Below, piece by piece: positions 25,719-38,844 of a DNA stretch of 64,000 nt (the first letter of the stretch is position 1; every line of letters begins with the position of its first letter). The position numbers and the translations under genes were made by a program. Location: positions 19,592,001-19,656,000 of the forward strand of contig OX597823.1 of the NCBI GenBank assembly GCA_951406725.2, given 5' to 3'. This DNA comes from Octopus vulgaris (Eukaryota). A model generated the notes under the pieces. That model saw only the letters and a program-made list of their open reading frames with translations. It did not search any database and was not told where the DNA came from.

Positions 25719-25910
25719 ACTCTCCTTTTACTTGTTTCAGTCATTTGACTGTGGCCATGCTGGAGCACCACCTTTAGTCGAACAAATCGACCCCAGGACT
25801 TATTCTTTGTAAGCCTAGTGCTTAGTCTATCAGTTTCTTTTGCCAAACCGCTAAGTTACGGGGACGTAAACACACCAGCATCAGATGTGAAGCAATGTTG
25901 GGGGGGACAA

Positions 25911-25943
<33 letters not shown>

Positions 25944-26106
25944 CATTGGGCTTCTTTCAGTTTCCATCTACCAAATCCACTCACAAGGCTTTGGTCGGCC
26001 CGAGGGTATAGTAGAAGACAATTGCCCAAGGTGCCATGCAGTAGGACTGAACCCGGAACCACGTGGTTGGTAAGCAAGCTACATACCACACAGCCACTCC
26101 TACACC
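25719..26106 (-). mobile_element. SINE family A, full length
   Basis: Complete tail-to-head match. Confidence 0.9.
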
Positions 26107-26549
26107 TTTCTTATTGTCATAACCAAGGGAGTGCCACGATATATATATATATAATGGATGATCAACAGAATCTTAGATGTATTTTGCACTGCTTGTTTTG
26201 ACTACTACTACTGCTGCTACTGCTACTACTGTTCCACTTATAATGGGGACAATCTCAATCTAGATCCACACCCCATCCTGTTGAGAACAACTTTGTTGCC
26301 ATTTTTAAACAATCTTCCAACATTGATAAAATAAGTACAAGTTGGTGTATTGAGATTGATTAAATCAACACATCTTCCCACAAAAATAAGTGGCACTGTG
26401 CCAATCTGAGGAATCTCTATAATTTTGGTGGAGGCAGAAGTAAAGTAACATCCAGGAATAACGGCAATAGACATCTTACAGCATTTAGTTACTGCCCGGA
26501 TTGACTTTGCCCTTCAAGTCATCTTCCTGGAGGATCAGACAACTGACAA

Positions 26550-26588
<39 letters not shown>

Positions 26589-26589
<1 letters not shown>

Positions 26590-27142
26590 GCCCTGATGCA
26601 GTACCAGGCAGTGGCTCTCGTGGCTTTTGATCTTAACTGATTGGAAGTGTTATCATGTACATTGTTTTGTCTTTATATAAAAGATGGGCTACAGCAAATA
26701 TTCTGCTCAATACCACAGATTTGCTTGTCAGTTGTTTTACCTTAACCAGTTGACCATGTCCCTTAGTGGCTGACGATATGTGCATCTCTGATCACGAGCA
26801 GAAGAAGTGGGAGAGCATCATAGCCATGTGCTGAGAGGGATTCTTTGGGGTTTGAATAATTCACTTCTGGAAACATGGGTGGTTCTTTCAACATCCTTAA
26901 ACAACCCTTATTCAGGGACCTTTTGAGCGGGATGGGCTACTCGACCTGAAGAAAATTCTAACTGGGCCCCACCTGCAAGGTCACGTGCTATTTATCTTGA
27001 TATGAGATCGCCATGTCGCGCACATATGGTTGTGATGCATGTGCCTGGTGTACCCTTATCAGACGGGTAGTCATGATGGGTATACCCAGCTTCGTATATT
27101 TTACCCCAGTGTCACTTTGATGGCATGAACTGCTCTCTCACT
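26589..27142 (+). mobile_element. (AAT)n-flanked ~555-bp element F (Dong/R4-like 3' region or non-autonomous derivative)
   Basis: Flanked on both sides by (AAT)n. Near-identical reverse copy at 32279-32738. No ORF. Confidence 0.75.
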
Positions 27143-27429
27143 TAATAATAATAATAATAATAATAAAACACTAGGGCTGGTCTTTTTTATTTTATAGCTT
27201 TCTGTAGCTGTTTCAGTCATTAGACTGCGGCCATACTGGGGCACCATTTTGAAGAACTTTTTTTCTTAGTCGAATGAATTGACCCTAGAAGTTATTTTTT
27301 TTAATTGGTCTCTTTTGCCAAACTGCTAAGCTACAGGGGATGTAAACAAACCAAAAAGGGTAAAGCAGTGGCGGGAAATAAAAACAGACACAAAGACACA
27401 CACACATATCATCATCAGTGTCCATCTTC

Positions 27430-27870
27430 TTCACATTCTGAGTTTAAAATTCTGTTGAGGTCAACTTTGCTTTTCATCCTTTCAGGCTTGATAAAGTAGG
27501 TACCAGTCATGTTCTGAGGTCAATGTAATTGACTAGCCCTCCTCACCCAGAATTTCAGGCCTTGTGCCTATGATACAAAGGATCGTTGTTGTCGTCGTCA
27601 TCATCATTATTAAGGCAACAAGCTAGTAATATCATTAACATGTTGGACAAAATGCTTAGCTGGTATTCTGGTTATTTATGTTCTGTCCAGTTCAACTTTG
27701 CTTTACACCTTTTCAAGGTCAATAGAATTAAGTACCAGTTAAGTACTGGAGCAATTTAATCAACCTTCCTCCACCCCTCAAAACTGCTAGCCTTGTGTCA
27801 AAATTTGAATTATTATTATTTTGCAGAATCTATAGAACATTGGACAAAAAAACTTAGTGGTATTTAAAAA
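27430..27870 (+). mobile_element. Tandem degenerate SINE family B copies
   Basis: gaggtcaactttgcttttcatcctttc and taagtaccag motifs repeated. Confidence 0.75.
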
Positions 27871-27954
27871 AAAAAGTGTCAATATTTAACCCTATACAAA
27901 ACCCTATCTGAGCAGAGGAACTGGTGATTAAAAAGAGTTTATGTCATAATCATC

Positions 27955-28187
27955 CCTTTATCTATTTATTTACTCTGTCAAATAAATACATTTATACATG
28001 TAATATATTTATTCACATTGTTCTGAATTAATCAAACATTATCTCATAGCTTTGAGATTCCAGTGATGTGATAGTTTATTTTCAGAATGACATTGTAGGG
28101 TAGTTGTGAAAGGCTGGATCTGACATGTTTGAACATAAACAAAGTAGAATATTTGGGCCAGATATGGGTGGTCCAAATGCCAAAGGG
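27955..28187. mobile_element. piggyBac-type MITE family 1, degenerate
   Basis: cccttta..gccaaaggg|TTAA. Homologous to 18350-18570. Confidence 0.7.
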
Positions 28188-29320
28188 TTAATGCTAATTT
28201 TCACCATCTGAGGGGACCAGAACAAGTTCGAGTAAAATACCTGTTCAGGGACACAATGCCCTTCCTGAACCAAGAACTAAATTTGCAAGCATATGACTAA
28301 GAGCCCAATTATGGGCCCACCCACCAAGACTGAGCCTGGCCAACTTGAATTACAATGTGGGCCACTTTAATCAGAGAAAGTCTTTTGAGGACTGCTTATA
28401 TACTGACAGAATTGAAAGCATGTTATTATTACAATAATGAATGGATGATCATTGATTCCACATGAAACATTATCGTGGTATTTGTTTCACCTCTCTTGAC
28501 TGAGTTCAAATCCCAGAGAAGTCGACTGTCTGTCATTCTTTCAAAGTACCAATCCAAGGAGAAGACTGACTCAACTGTAAGGAAGTTGGGCCAGATACTT
28601 TGCAATATTTGAGTTCAAATCTCACCAGAGACTTTTAGGGTGACAAGCTTAATCCGTTGTCTGGTTTACACCATCATCTGGAACCCTGGGTACCTGTTGC
28701 AAGGATTTGGATCAAATCTCTGATTCGAAGGTATCTTGCACCATCTCCCCCACCAGTTCTAGAGTCCCTTGTGAAAATGGGTCACAGGCACAACTTTTTA
28801 ACCTGATTAAAAGAGAAAACAAAGAAAATTGTGCAAGGGAGATTAAGCAACTATTTCTAGCAAGCAGAAGGACCACGTATAGGCTTCATCATGGTGTATG
28901 TGATATGTGGTCAATAGGTGAAAATACCTCTCCCAACTCAAACTTTGGCCTGTCCCCCCCCTACTCCCTTCCTGCCAAGTAACTTAACACTTGGACTAGA
29001 ATAACACAGAGTCAAAGACATTCGTTATTCTTTCTCTTCTTCCCAGTGGGTGGCACCAGCAATAACAGTAGTTTATGGAGGTCTATGTTGACATGTAGCA
29101 GCTTGTTTGGTGTGGCCTTCATTCCTCTTCCTCTTCTTACAATCTAACCCATAAAGGGTGGTTTACATTTAATCAAAGCTGTCAACGAAGAAACTTCCAA
29201 GTACACCCACCCCCTTCCATTCCTCACTCCCTCCTTAACCAACCCAGAGCTAGTCGTGACTTTATTGACATTTTAAACTTGCAGTTCTTGTGTTCTACAT
29301 ATACAAGATAAGTGTATGTG

Positions 29321-29436
<116 letters not shown>

Positions 29437-30011
29437 TATAAGATATATAAAACATATACATACATAGTATCTTTCATACACACATACATATATATACACA
29501 CTCACATTTTAACGAATTCTGTTCTCTACTTTTTTACTGGTATTTGAATTAGAGATATTTGGAGGAAAAAAAAATTCTATTTTTTTTTCCCATATTCCTC
29601 AATTAAAAACTAATTTAAGTAATTAGACTCGTAAATTAGAATACATTTCTTTTTCTTTTTTTTTTAATCTTCAAATATTTTCAATTGAATACTTTAATAC
29701 ATAAGTTTTTTTTTTTTTTTTTGTTCCTGTAGCATTTTTAAAAATTTTGTTTGTTTTTTTTCTGTTTCTATTAGTGTGTGCATAAAATGTTTGGTGCTGA
29801 ATGCTGCTGTTAATCTTTCTTCTGCTTTGAATGTTGATGACAGACTTGCATGTAGTACAGCAGTAGTACTACATGCATGTAGTACCACTGTTGTTATAAT
29901 TAGTCACCAGATCAGTCCTGAAGTAGCAAGGAGATCAATGAGGATACGAAGTTCCAGCCATGACTGACTTATGCAAGCATAAGACAAAGAAACAATGATG
30001 AGGATTTGAAA

Positions 30012-30208
30012 CGTAACCACACATGGATTGTTGGCTATTTTCCCTTCTTTCTCTTTGGACTTACCTCTTTCTGACAAAGAGTTATGGCTCGAAACATTAA
30101 CAACTCTCTCTTTCACCAAGCATCAAATTAATAAATTGTTTGAGTACATCCTCAAACAAGTTTTTTTTCTTTCTCTCTTTTTTAATTGTTTTTTTCTTTG
30201 AATTGACT
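30012..30208 (+). mobile_element. Short Penelope-like element P1 with hammerhead-like core
   Basis: CTGACAA-a-gagt-tatg-gctc-GAAAC at 30071-30095. Ends in (TA)n. Confidence 0.55.
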
Positions 30209-30454
30209 ATATATATATATATATGTATATATAAGCAAAACATTGAAACACTGAGATTTGAAATCAGATGTCACTACTGTGGATAGATTATAAATTTAAG
30301 ATGATATCACCAGCAGTGACATAGGTGGATGGCAAGCACAATAGCATTAAATAGCTATGAATTATAAATTTGCAAAAAGTGTAATGATGCTTAACAAGCA
30401 TCTACCTGCTAGAAATAAGAGCTAAAGTTCTTAAATTAATCCACCGTACCACAC

Positions 30455-30682
30455 CAAGATAACAGAGAAAAACAGTATGCAAGGAAAACAGAAAGAATTA
30501 AAACATTTAACAGCACAACGCGAGGACATGGAACAAGTATAGTATCATTGGACGCTCAGGAAAGAAGGAGGGTTTAACATTTCGAGTGGAGCTCTTCGTC
30601 AGAAACATAGGAAAAGAAAAGATCTAAAGAAGGGAAGACGGAGGTAAAAAAATCACCAACGGTACATACATGGTCACATTTT
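30455..30682 (-). mobile_element. Short Penelope-like element with intact hammerhead core
   Basis: Minus strand CTGACGA-A-gag-ctcca-ctc-GAAA (~30580-30602), with cGTC downstream. Confidence 0.6.
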
Positions 30683-30685
30683 GTG

Positions 30686-30719
<34 letters not shown>

Positions 30720-31341
30720 TATGCAACAACATATGTAAACAAACTTTTGTTTGGAAGTGTTGAATGTATATCCTATCAGACACAAGTAATATTTAGAACA
30801 TAGTATAGCTGTGACACCAGCAGAAGTATTGTGTTCAAAATATTACTTTCTTGTCTGTATATATGATATATATATATGTATATATATATATATATGCTTG
30901 TGTGTACAGACAATGGGCAAATGTAAAAAAAAAAATAATCAAAAGTGAGCCATTACACAAAGAAGTTGATTCCTGATCTGGAACCACATTATTCTCCCAA
31001 CAGCGACATAAGCTTAGCGGTGATGTGATTGACAAACCTTCTCTCATATGCTACAATCACACAATATAATGGTTATGTTGTATATACACCGTCTCGCTGT
31101 CATTCTTACATTTACTGTATACAGCACAATACAACAGTGGTGTACAATACAATATAGAGACATGTAATACAATACAATGGTATATAGCAGTGCTTCTCAA
31201 AGTGGTGGTCAGCAAGCCATCAGCTGCCAGTACATGGTGAGTTTCCAGAAAAGAAACAAACAATATAAAATGCTTATGAAATGCTTATGTAATATTGTAT
31301 TATTTGTTTACAAAATAAATATAAGATAAAAACAATTGTTG

Positions 31342-31625
31342 ATCGTTTAACGTCCGCTTTTCATGCTAGCATGGGTTGGACGATTTAAATGAGGACTGGC
31401 GAACAAGATGGCTGCACCAGGCTCCAATCTGATCTGGCAGAGTTTCTACAGCTGGATGCCTTTCCCAACGCCAACCACTCTGAGAGTGTAGTGGGTGCTT
31501 TTACGTGCCACCGGCACGAGGGCCAGTCAGGCGGTACTGGCAATGGCCACGCTCAAATGTTGTTTTTTACGTGCCACCTGCTCAGGAGCCAGTCCAGTGG
31601 CACTGGCAACGACCTTGCTCGACTG
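31342..31625 (-). mobile_element. Family C retroposon
   Basis: cgtttaacgtccgcttttcatgctagcatgggttgga..gctggatgcctttcccaacgccaacc. Confidence 0.85.
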
Positions 31626-32278
31626 GTATAAATTAATATTACTAAGAAATATTACCGGACTGCCGGTACAACACATCAGATAGTATATAGCACAAGGCTG
31701 TACAACACTGATACACAGTATAACACAGTGGTATATAGTGCAAAAGTGTTTATACAGTACACTTGTTGTATACACTGCAATGATATACAGTACATAGGCA
31801 TATGACACAGTGCTATGCAGTACAACACAGTGGTGTACATTGTGCAGAAATATACAGTACAAGGATATACAACACTGTTGTATACAGTCCAAAGATATAA
31901 AACTTAGATATGTTTCAACCAAAGATTGGTCCAGGCCATGTCTAACTTAATAGTACTACCTGATAGGATTATCTAAATCCTTTTTAAGTCAAGTTTTGTA
32001 GTATTATGATCCATTCAAGTAGTTGAATGAGTTGTATCCCAGGAATGGGTGGCTTATCCGGTATTCCTTGAAGAAATCTGTCCAGACTCCATTTAAAGGT
32101 GATGGGATCCTTTTACTCTTTAATCAGTTTTGGGACAATGTTAAACAGGGCAGGGCAGTACAACACAGTAGTATACTATACTTTAGTATATATATATTGT
32201 ATTCAATATAAAACCGAAGTATATTTTAGCAGTGGTGGAATGATGATGATGATTATTATTATTATTATTATTATTATT

Positions 32279-32738
32279 GAGTGAGAGAGCAGTGCATGCC
32301 ATCAAAGCGACACTGGGGTAAAATATACGAAGCCCAGTATACCCATCATGACTACCCGTCTGATAAGGGTACACTAGGCACATGCATCACAACCATATGT
32401 GCGCGACATGGTGATCTCATATCAAGATAAACAGCACATGACCTTGCAGGTGGGGCCCACTTAGAATTTTCTTCAGGTCGAGTAGCCCATCCTGCTCAAA
32501 AGGTCCCTGAATAAGGGTTGTTTAAGGATGTTGAAAGAACCACCCATGTTTCCAGAGGTGAATTATTCAAACCCCAAAGAATCCCTCTCAACACATGGCT
32601 ATGATGCTCCCCCACTACTTCTGCTTGTGATCAGAGATGCACATATCGTCAGCCACTAAGGGACATACTCTCAACTGGTTAAGGTCAAACAACTGACAAG
32701 CAAATCTGTGGTATTGAGCAGAATATTTGCTGTAGCCC
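32279..32738 (-). mobile_element. Element F, copy lacking the first ~97 bp
   Basis: Reverse complement of 26686-27142. (ATT)n on both sides. Confidence 0.8.
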
Positions 32739-32759
32739 TATTATTTTTATTATTATTAA

Positions 32760-33426
32760 GGCAGCGAGCTGGTAGAGTTGTTAGCATGCTGGACAAAATG
32801 CTTAGCGGTATTTCGCCCATCGCTATGTTCTGACTTCAAATTCCGACTTTGCCTCTCGTCCTTTTGAGGTTGATAAAATTAAGTACCAGCTGAACACTAG
32901 AGTCGAGGTAATTGACTCATCTCAAGCCCCCACAAGCTGCCCTTGTGGCAAAAATTATTTATTATTATTAAGGTGGTGAGCTGGTAGAGTTGTTAGCAAG
33001 GTTGGACAAAATGCCTGGCGGTATTTCACCTATCACTATGTTCTGAGTTCAAATTCCGCCGAGGTCGACTTTGCCTTTCATCCTTTCAGGGTCGATAAAT
33101 CAAATAACTGTGAAACACTGAGGTTGATGTAATCAACAAGTCCCCTCCCCCAAAATTTCAGGCCTTGTGCCTTTAGTAGAAGAGATTATTATTATTATAA
33201 TTATTATTAAGGCAGCAAGCTGGCAGAATGGTTAGCATGCTGGGCAAAATGACTTAGCGATATTTTGCCCACTGCGTTGTTCTGAGTTCAAATCCCACCG
33301 AGGCCGACTATGCCTTTCTCATCCTTTTGAGGTCGATAAACTAAGCACCAGTTGAACATTGGGGTTGATTACATCGACCCATTCCATCTCCCAAAATTGC
33401 TGCTCTTCTGGCAAAATCTGAAACCA
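32760..33426 (+). mobile_element. Three head-to-tail SINE family B copies separated by (ATT)n
   Basis: Copies at ~32760-32955, 32972-33185 and 33211-33426. Confidence 0.9.
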
Positions 33427-33461
33427 TTATCATTATTATCATCATTTAGTAGTCTACAGTA

Positions 33462-33720
33462 CATCATCATCAACATCGTTTAACGTCCGTTCTCCATGCT
33501 AGCATGGGTTGGATGGTTCGACCGGGGATCTGGGAAGCCAGAAGGCTGCATCAGGCTCCGGTCTTATCTGGCAATGTTTCTACAGCTGGATGCCCTTCCT
33601 AACGCCAACCACTCCGTGAGTGTAGTGGGTGCTTTTTACGTGCCACCTGCACGGAAGCCAGTTGAGGCGGCACTGGCTTCGGCCACGATTCGGATGGTGC
33701 TTTTTACGTGCCACCGACAC
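33462..33720 (-). mobile_element. Family C retroposon
   Basis: catcgtttaacgtccgttctccatgctagcatggg..ggatgcccttcctaacgccaacc. Confidence 0.88.
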
Positions 33721-34260
33721 AATGATATGCAATTTGGTTCAGTGGTACCACAGTGGTATATATATATATATATATATAATTATATAACTCCGGGGTACAC
33801 ACATACACATACCTACATACAATATTTATCTAGTGGGATAGCGGTGGAGACCAAAATGGGTGTGGCGACAAGATACTGAAGAAGATAAAAAATTAGAACA
33901 AGATATATCCTAACATCCTGATAAGAATTTCCTCAAAAACCAGGATTTTAATTAAAATAATTAAACACCTCTTGGCTTTTTTTGGGGGGGGGGATTTTAT
34001 CCTTCTGATGTCTCCTTCCCTGTTTATATTTGTGAAACAAACACTGTGTGTGGAAATCTAGAAAATATGTTACAAATTGAAGGACGGTGTATAAGGTATA
34101 CACTTGAAAGGGGTGGTTTGGTAAGATTACAAGATTAAGAATATCGGGTGTTGCTTACTAATTGAGTTAAGGGCTGGTTGGGTACACAGTTGTAAAGTGT
34201 TATAGATCTAAGGGAAAAAGTTGGGAGCAAGATACAGTGTGGTACATAAGTTTGTGTGTG

Positions 34261-34304
<44 letters not shown>

Positions 34305-34830
34305 ATTATCATCATAATGATATATATAATACATAATATAATCAGATGTATGTGCTCAGAAACTGGAAAAAAAAAAAGAGAGAAAGAATGAAAGAGAAAG
34401 AGTAAAGCTGAGAGGCAGCTATGAAGAGAGGGGGAAGAAAGTAAAGCGAGAAAAGGGAAGATAGAGAGAGAAGGGGAAAAGAGAGAGAGGGAGAAGTGGG
34501 AGAGGGAGGCAGGACAAAAGCTATACTGACATAAAGAGAAAGAGATAGAGACTACTAGTTAATCAGAGAGAGGGAGAGAGAAAGGGTGATAGTGTCATGT
34601 GACCAAATGTAAGGAGCAGCAGATAAAACAGGAGAAGGAAATGTTGTATGGAGTTCTATATGAATAGATATTTTGCTAACAAGGGCCAAGACTATCCTAC
34701 TGTTCTACAATGTAATGGCATGTTTATTTGTCTGTTACTTATATTAATGTTTTAATATGACCTAGTTCTAATATTATTGTTATCAGAACTAGAACATAAT
34801 CATGAAAATTCCATTATATATACATATATA

Positions 34831-36100
34831 CAGGGTTTGGACAAAATAATGGAAACACCTAGCATCATAGCATCATAATGTTGAAATATCTATAAAACCG
34901 TCAAAAGCTTGTTTATTTTTATGTTTTTTTGATTTATTATTAGTGTTGCTTAATATGTTTTGCTAAAATTGCTATTTCTTTTCAGACATCATCAGAAAAA
35001 GGTAATTAAAATTAATTAAAATGACAGATCTATCGAACTTTCAAAGAGGTCAAATTGTTGGTGCTCATATGGCAAGGCGCTAGCGTAACAAAACAGCCGA
35101 AATATTTGGTGTACCAAGAAGTACTGCCTCAAAAGTAATGACAGCTTTTGAGAAAGAGGAAAAAACATCCTCGTTGAAACAAAACTCTGGAAGAAAACCA
35201 AAACTTTCAGATAGGGTCCATCGGACTCTTATGCAAACTGTTATAAAGGATCACAAAAGTACAGCTCCCAAAATTACTGAAGAACTTAATGACTGCCTTG
35301 AGAACCTAGTTTCCACAAAAACTGTTCGCCAGGAGCTGCACAAAGCCGGATTTCATAGGAGGACTGCAATCAGAAAACCACTACTTTCAAAAACAAATGT
35401 TGCAAAGCATTTAGAGTGGAGTAAAAACCTACAGAATTGGTCCCTAGAGCAGTAGAAGAATGTTATTTTCTTCAATGAGTCATTCTTTACCTTATTCCTG
35501 ACCACTGGCTGAGTATACATGTGGAGACAGCCAAAAGAAGCATTTGACCCAGACTGCCTTCTTCCAACAGTTAAACATGGAGTAGGATCTGTGATGATCT
35601 AAGTGGGGGAGGAGAGGGGGGCTATATTGTGGAAATCCGCTGGCAGATTCATGGCAGAATTAATAGTCAAGACTATTTAAGCATTTTATCTGATCAAATT
35701 CATCCTATAGTTGCAGAACTGTTTCCAGAGGGAAAAGCAATCTTTCAGGATGATAATGCACCAATTCACACTGCTAAAGTTGTTACTGAATGGCACGAGG
35801 AACATTCTAGTGAAGTTGAACATCTTATCTGGCCACCACAGTCCCAATCTCAATATCATTGAACATTTATGGTGCATTTTAGAAAAACAAGTAAGGAGTC
35901 GATATCCTTCACCATCATCACTACAAGAACTAGAGACTGTTGAAGCTGAAGAATGGACAAAAATTCCTTTGGAAACAATTCAAACTTTGTATGAGACCAT
36001 ACCTCATAGAATTCAAGCTGTAATTACTACCAAAGGCAGTCCTACCCTATACTAAAATAAATTTGAAATTTTAAGGTGTTCCCATTATTTTGTCCAACCC

Positions 36101-36103
<3 letters not shown>
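34831..36103 (+). mobile_element. Full-length Tc1/mariner transposon (1273 bp)
   Basis: 30-bp TIRs CAGGGTTTGGACAAAATAATGGAAACACCT / AGGTGTTCCCATTATTTTGTCCAACCCCTG. TA TSD within (TA)n. Confidence 0.95.
35021..36055 (+). pseudogene. Tc1-like transposase pseudogene (DD36E spacing)
   Basis: MTDLSNFQRGQIVG..SGRKPKLS..IRKPLLSK..VIFFNES..PTVKHG..FQDDNAPIH..WPPQS(P)NLNIIEHLW. Several stops and frameshifts. Confidence 0.93.
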
Positions 36104-36150
<47 letters not shown>

Positions 36151-36306
36151 TCAATATAGGGTGGCAAAAAAAATTTTGTAGAATTCTTTTGCCACCAGCG
36201 GCCTAGTGGGAAAAAATTAAATAGTCATAAACCATTTTTAAGTTCAACATCACAATCATGGCCGTTCCTTGATTGTGATGTATATATATATATATATAGA
36301 TATATA

Positions 36307-36358
<52 letters not shown>

Positions 36359-36361
<3 letters not shown>

Positions 36362-36965
36362 GGTGCTATGGGTAAATTATCACCATTTTATACTTTTAAT
36401 TTTGCTCATGTGCATTGTTTGTTTCTGATTTTGTCAACTACACTGTATAGTAGGGTCAACTGGGCACCATCTGTCAGATAAACAGCACCATGACGCAATT
36501 CACTCTGCCAGAAATTTGGAAACAATATACTGTACTGCTTGGCATTCGTGCCAGAAGCTCCAATGCGAACACATGGTAAATACACAGAACAACTGTTGGC
36601 TTGCCGTGTCCCCAAAACATTTACCAAGAGTGATAAAAATCAAACATCCAGTCAACATCATAGTGTTTGGAGTGATTATTTGTGGTGGTGATGTTATGCT
36701 TCCATTCATCTTCCCATACGGCCTACATCAAGTGCCCTGGGTCAAGGAAGTGGCTGCTGGAAGACCCTATGTCTGGCAACTGGACATTGCACCATGCCAC
36801 ACAAGTAGGAGAACCCAGTCATGGCTGTCAGACAATTTCCGCAACCACATCGTCCCTAACTTCCCAGATTGCAACCCCCCTTGATTATTATGTGTGGGGT
36901 GCAATTGGGTGAGAAACCAACAAAACTCCTTGTAACACTAAAGATGAACTGAAGGCAAGGATTAT
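36359..36965 (+). pseudogene. maT/DD37D-type mariner remnant (probable left TIR plus deleted transposase)
   Basis: TA|CAGGGTG start. Translates KHPVNIIVFGVI..RPYVWQLDIAPCHTSRRTQSWL..PDCNP(L)DYYVWG. Truncated at a SINE A fragment. Confidence 0.85.
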
Positions 36966-37172
36966 GTTTGTTGTTTGTGTCTGTCCCCCACCACATCGCT
37001 TGACAACCGATGTCGGTGTGTTTACGTCCCTGTCTCCTAGCGGTTCGGCAAAAATAGACCGATAGACTAAGTATTAGGCTGACAAAGAATAAGCCTTCGG
37101 GTTGATTTATTCGACTAAAGATGGTGCTCCAGCATGGCCACAGTCAAATGACTGAAACAAGTAAAAGAGTAA
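36966..37172 (+). mobile_element. SINE family A 3' half
   Basis: catcgcttgacaaccgatg..gactgaaacaagtaaaagagtaa. Confidence 0.85.
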
Positions 37173-37217
37173 ATAATATTATTACAATTGTAATATCTCT
37201 TTCCCACACACACTCTT

Positions 37218-37285
<68 letters not shown>

Positions 37286-37407
37286 TCTTTCTCTCTCTCT
37301 CACACCACACACACACACACTCACTCTTTCTATATGTGCATGTTTCAGTGCATGCGTGCATGTTATGCGTGTATGTGTCTGCCTCTGGCACCAAACCATC
37401 TCAATCT

Positions 37408-37771
37408 ATGAAAAGGAACGAAGCAAGCCTACTCTGCTGGAGGTATACTGTTTAGTATACATAAACAACAAAGCACAAATGAGTTGAGAGAAAAACCGAA
37501 CGTAAGAGGAATCAGATGTGGTGTGTCAAGAGAGGAGACGGCATCGGTTGTAGGCATGTGACACAAGGAGGAGAATAACAGTCGAGTAATCTGAAGTGCC
37601 AAGTAATTGAACGAACCTGTGGAAGTGGTAAAAGCTAATCCCAAGAAGATGGAGTTCACCAAAAAAGATGACAAGGGATTGAAACAAGTGGTGAGGTGCC
37701 ATACTCCAGGCAACCCATCCAAACCAGGCAAGCACAGTAAGATGCAATGACGATGATGATGATGATGATGA
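37408..37771 (+). pseudogene. RTE-clade LINE 3' end, degenerate
   Basis: Fragments translate RNEASLLCW and QSTNELREKPNVRGIRCGV/QERR, typical of the RTE C-terminus. Ends in (GAT)n. Confidence 0.7.
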
Positions 37772-38288
37772 TAGATGTTAATTATTGTTACCTCATTGTT
37801 AACAAGAAGATATTAGAAGACACCTCCTAAAATAGTTTTGGGAGGTGTCTGTATATCTAACTAGAATTAGTAGGCTGGTAAATGAAATGGTTTGTTGACA
37901 GGAATTAATTATATTGGAAATATTTGTTTTAAAATAAAGAAGAAAAAAAAAAGGAAGTGTATATTGGTAAGTTGATGTGCCATAAGTTTACATAGATAAA
38001 GTTTCAGGCAATTTTTTATTTTTTTATTTTTCCACCAGCTACTTGTCTAACAAAAGACCCCACCCAAGACTAGTTTCTATTTCATTTCACAGACACACCT
38101 CATAAACCATTTATGGCTGTTTTTCATTTTCAATACATAAACATCTGCTGTCTTGTTTGTTTCTGCTCGCCCACCCCTTCTGAATATTTTTCAAGGATTC
38201 TGTCTTCCACATGCCAGAGAAAGGTTGCACAGGTTCACAAATTTTCAAAATTTCAAATAAGCTTTGACATGTACATGTTTTCATTCTC

Positions 38289-38660
38289 TTACTCTTTTAC
38301 TTGTTTCAGTCATTTTGACTGCGGCCATGCTGGAGCACTGCCTTTAGTCGAGCAAATCGACCCCAGGACTTATTCTTTGTAAGCCTAGTACTTATTCTAT
38401 CAGTCTCTTTTGCTGAACTGCTAAGGGACGGGGACGTAAACACACCAGCAGACATAATACAACAAAGCATTTCGCCCGGCGTGCTAACTTTTCTGCCAGC
38501 TCGCCGCCTTTCAGTTTCTTTCTACCAAATCCACTCACATGGCTTTGGTTGGCCCGGAGCTATAGTAGAAGACACTTGCTCAAGATGCCATGCAGTGAGA
38601 CTGAACACGGAACTGTGTGGTTGGGAAGCAAGCTGCTAACCACACAACTACATCTGTGCC
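38289..38660 (-). mobile_element. SINE family A with its centre replaced by a SINE B head fragment
   Basis: 38465-38509 (agcatttcgcccggcgtgctaacttttctgccagctcgccgcc) lies between the two family A halves. Confidence 0.8.
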
Positions 38661-38844
38661 TAACATTTAATAAGAAAATTTTCAGTAACTATCCTAGGTT
38701 CAACCCATGTGATTTCCTTTTACAGCCAGTGTAACAATACAACAGATGAAACATAAAATAAACTGACCTTCTTTTTGAATGGTACCGAGGGAGGTCACAT
38801 GTTTAACCATTTTGATTAGTACCAATGCATGTTTTAATAATTCG

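Noticed and set aside
29835-29921. Possible C/D box snoRNA (TGATGA..CTGA)
   Set aside because: The 3' part matches a degenerate dispersed repeat (ttagccccaggtcagcc..ccagccatgac type, also near 1225, 13385 and 24180). No convincing terminal stem or guide sequence.
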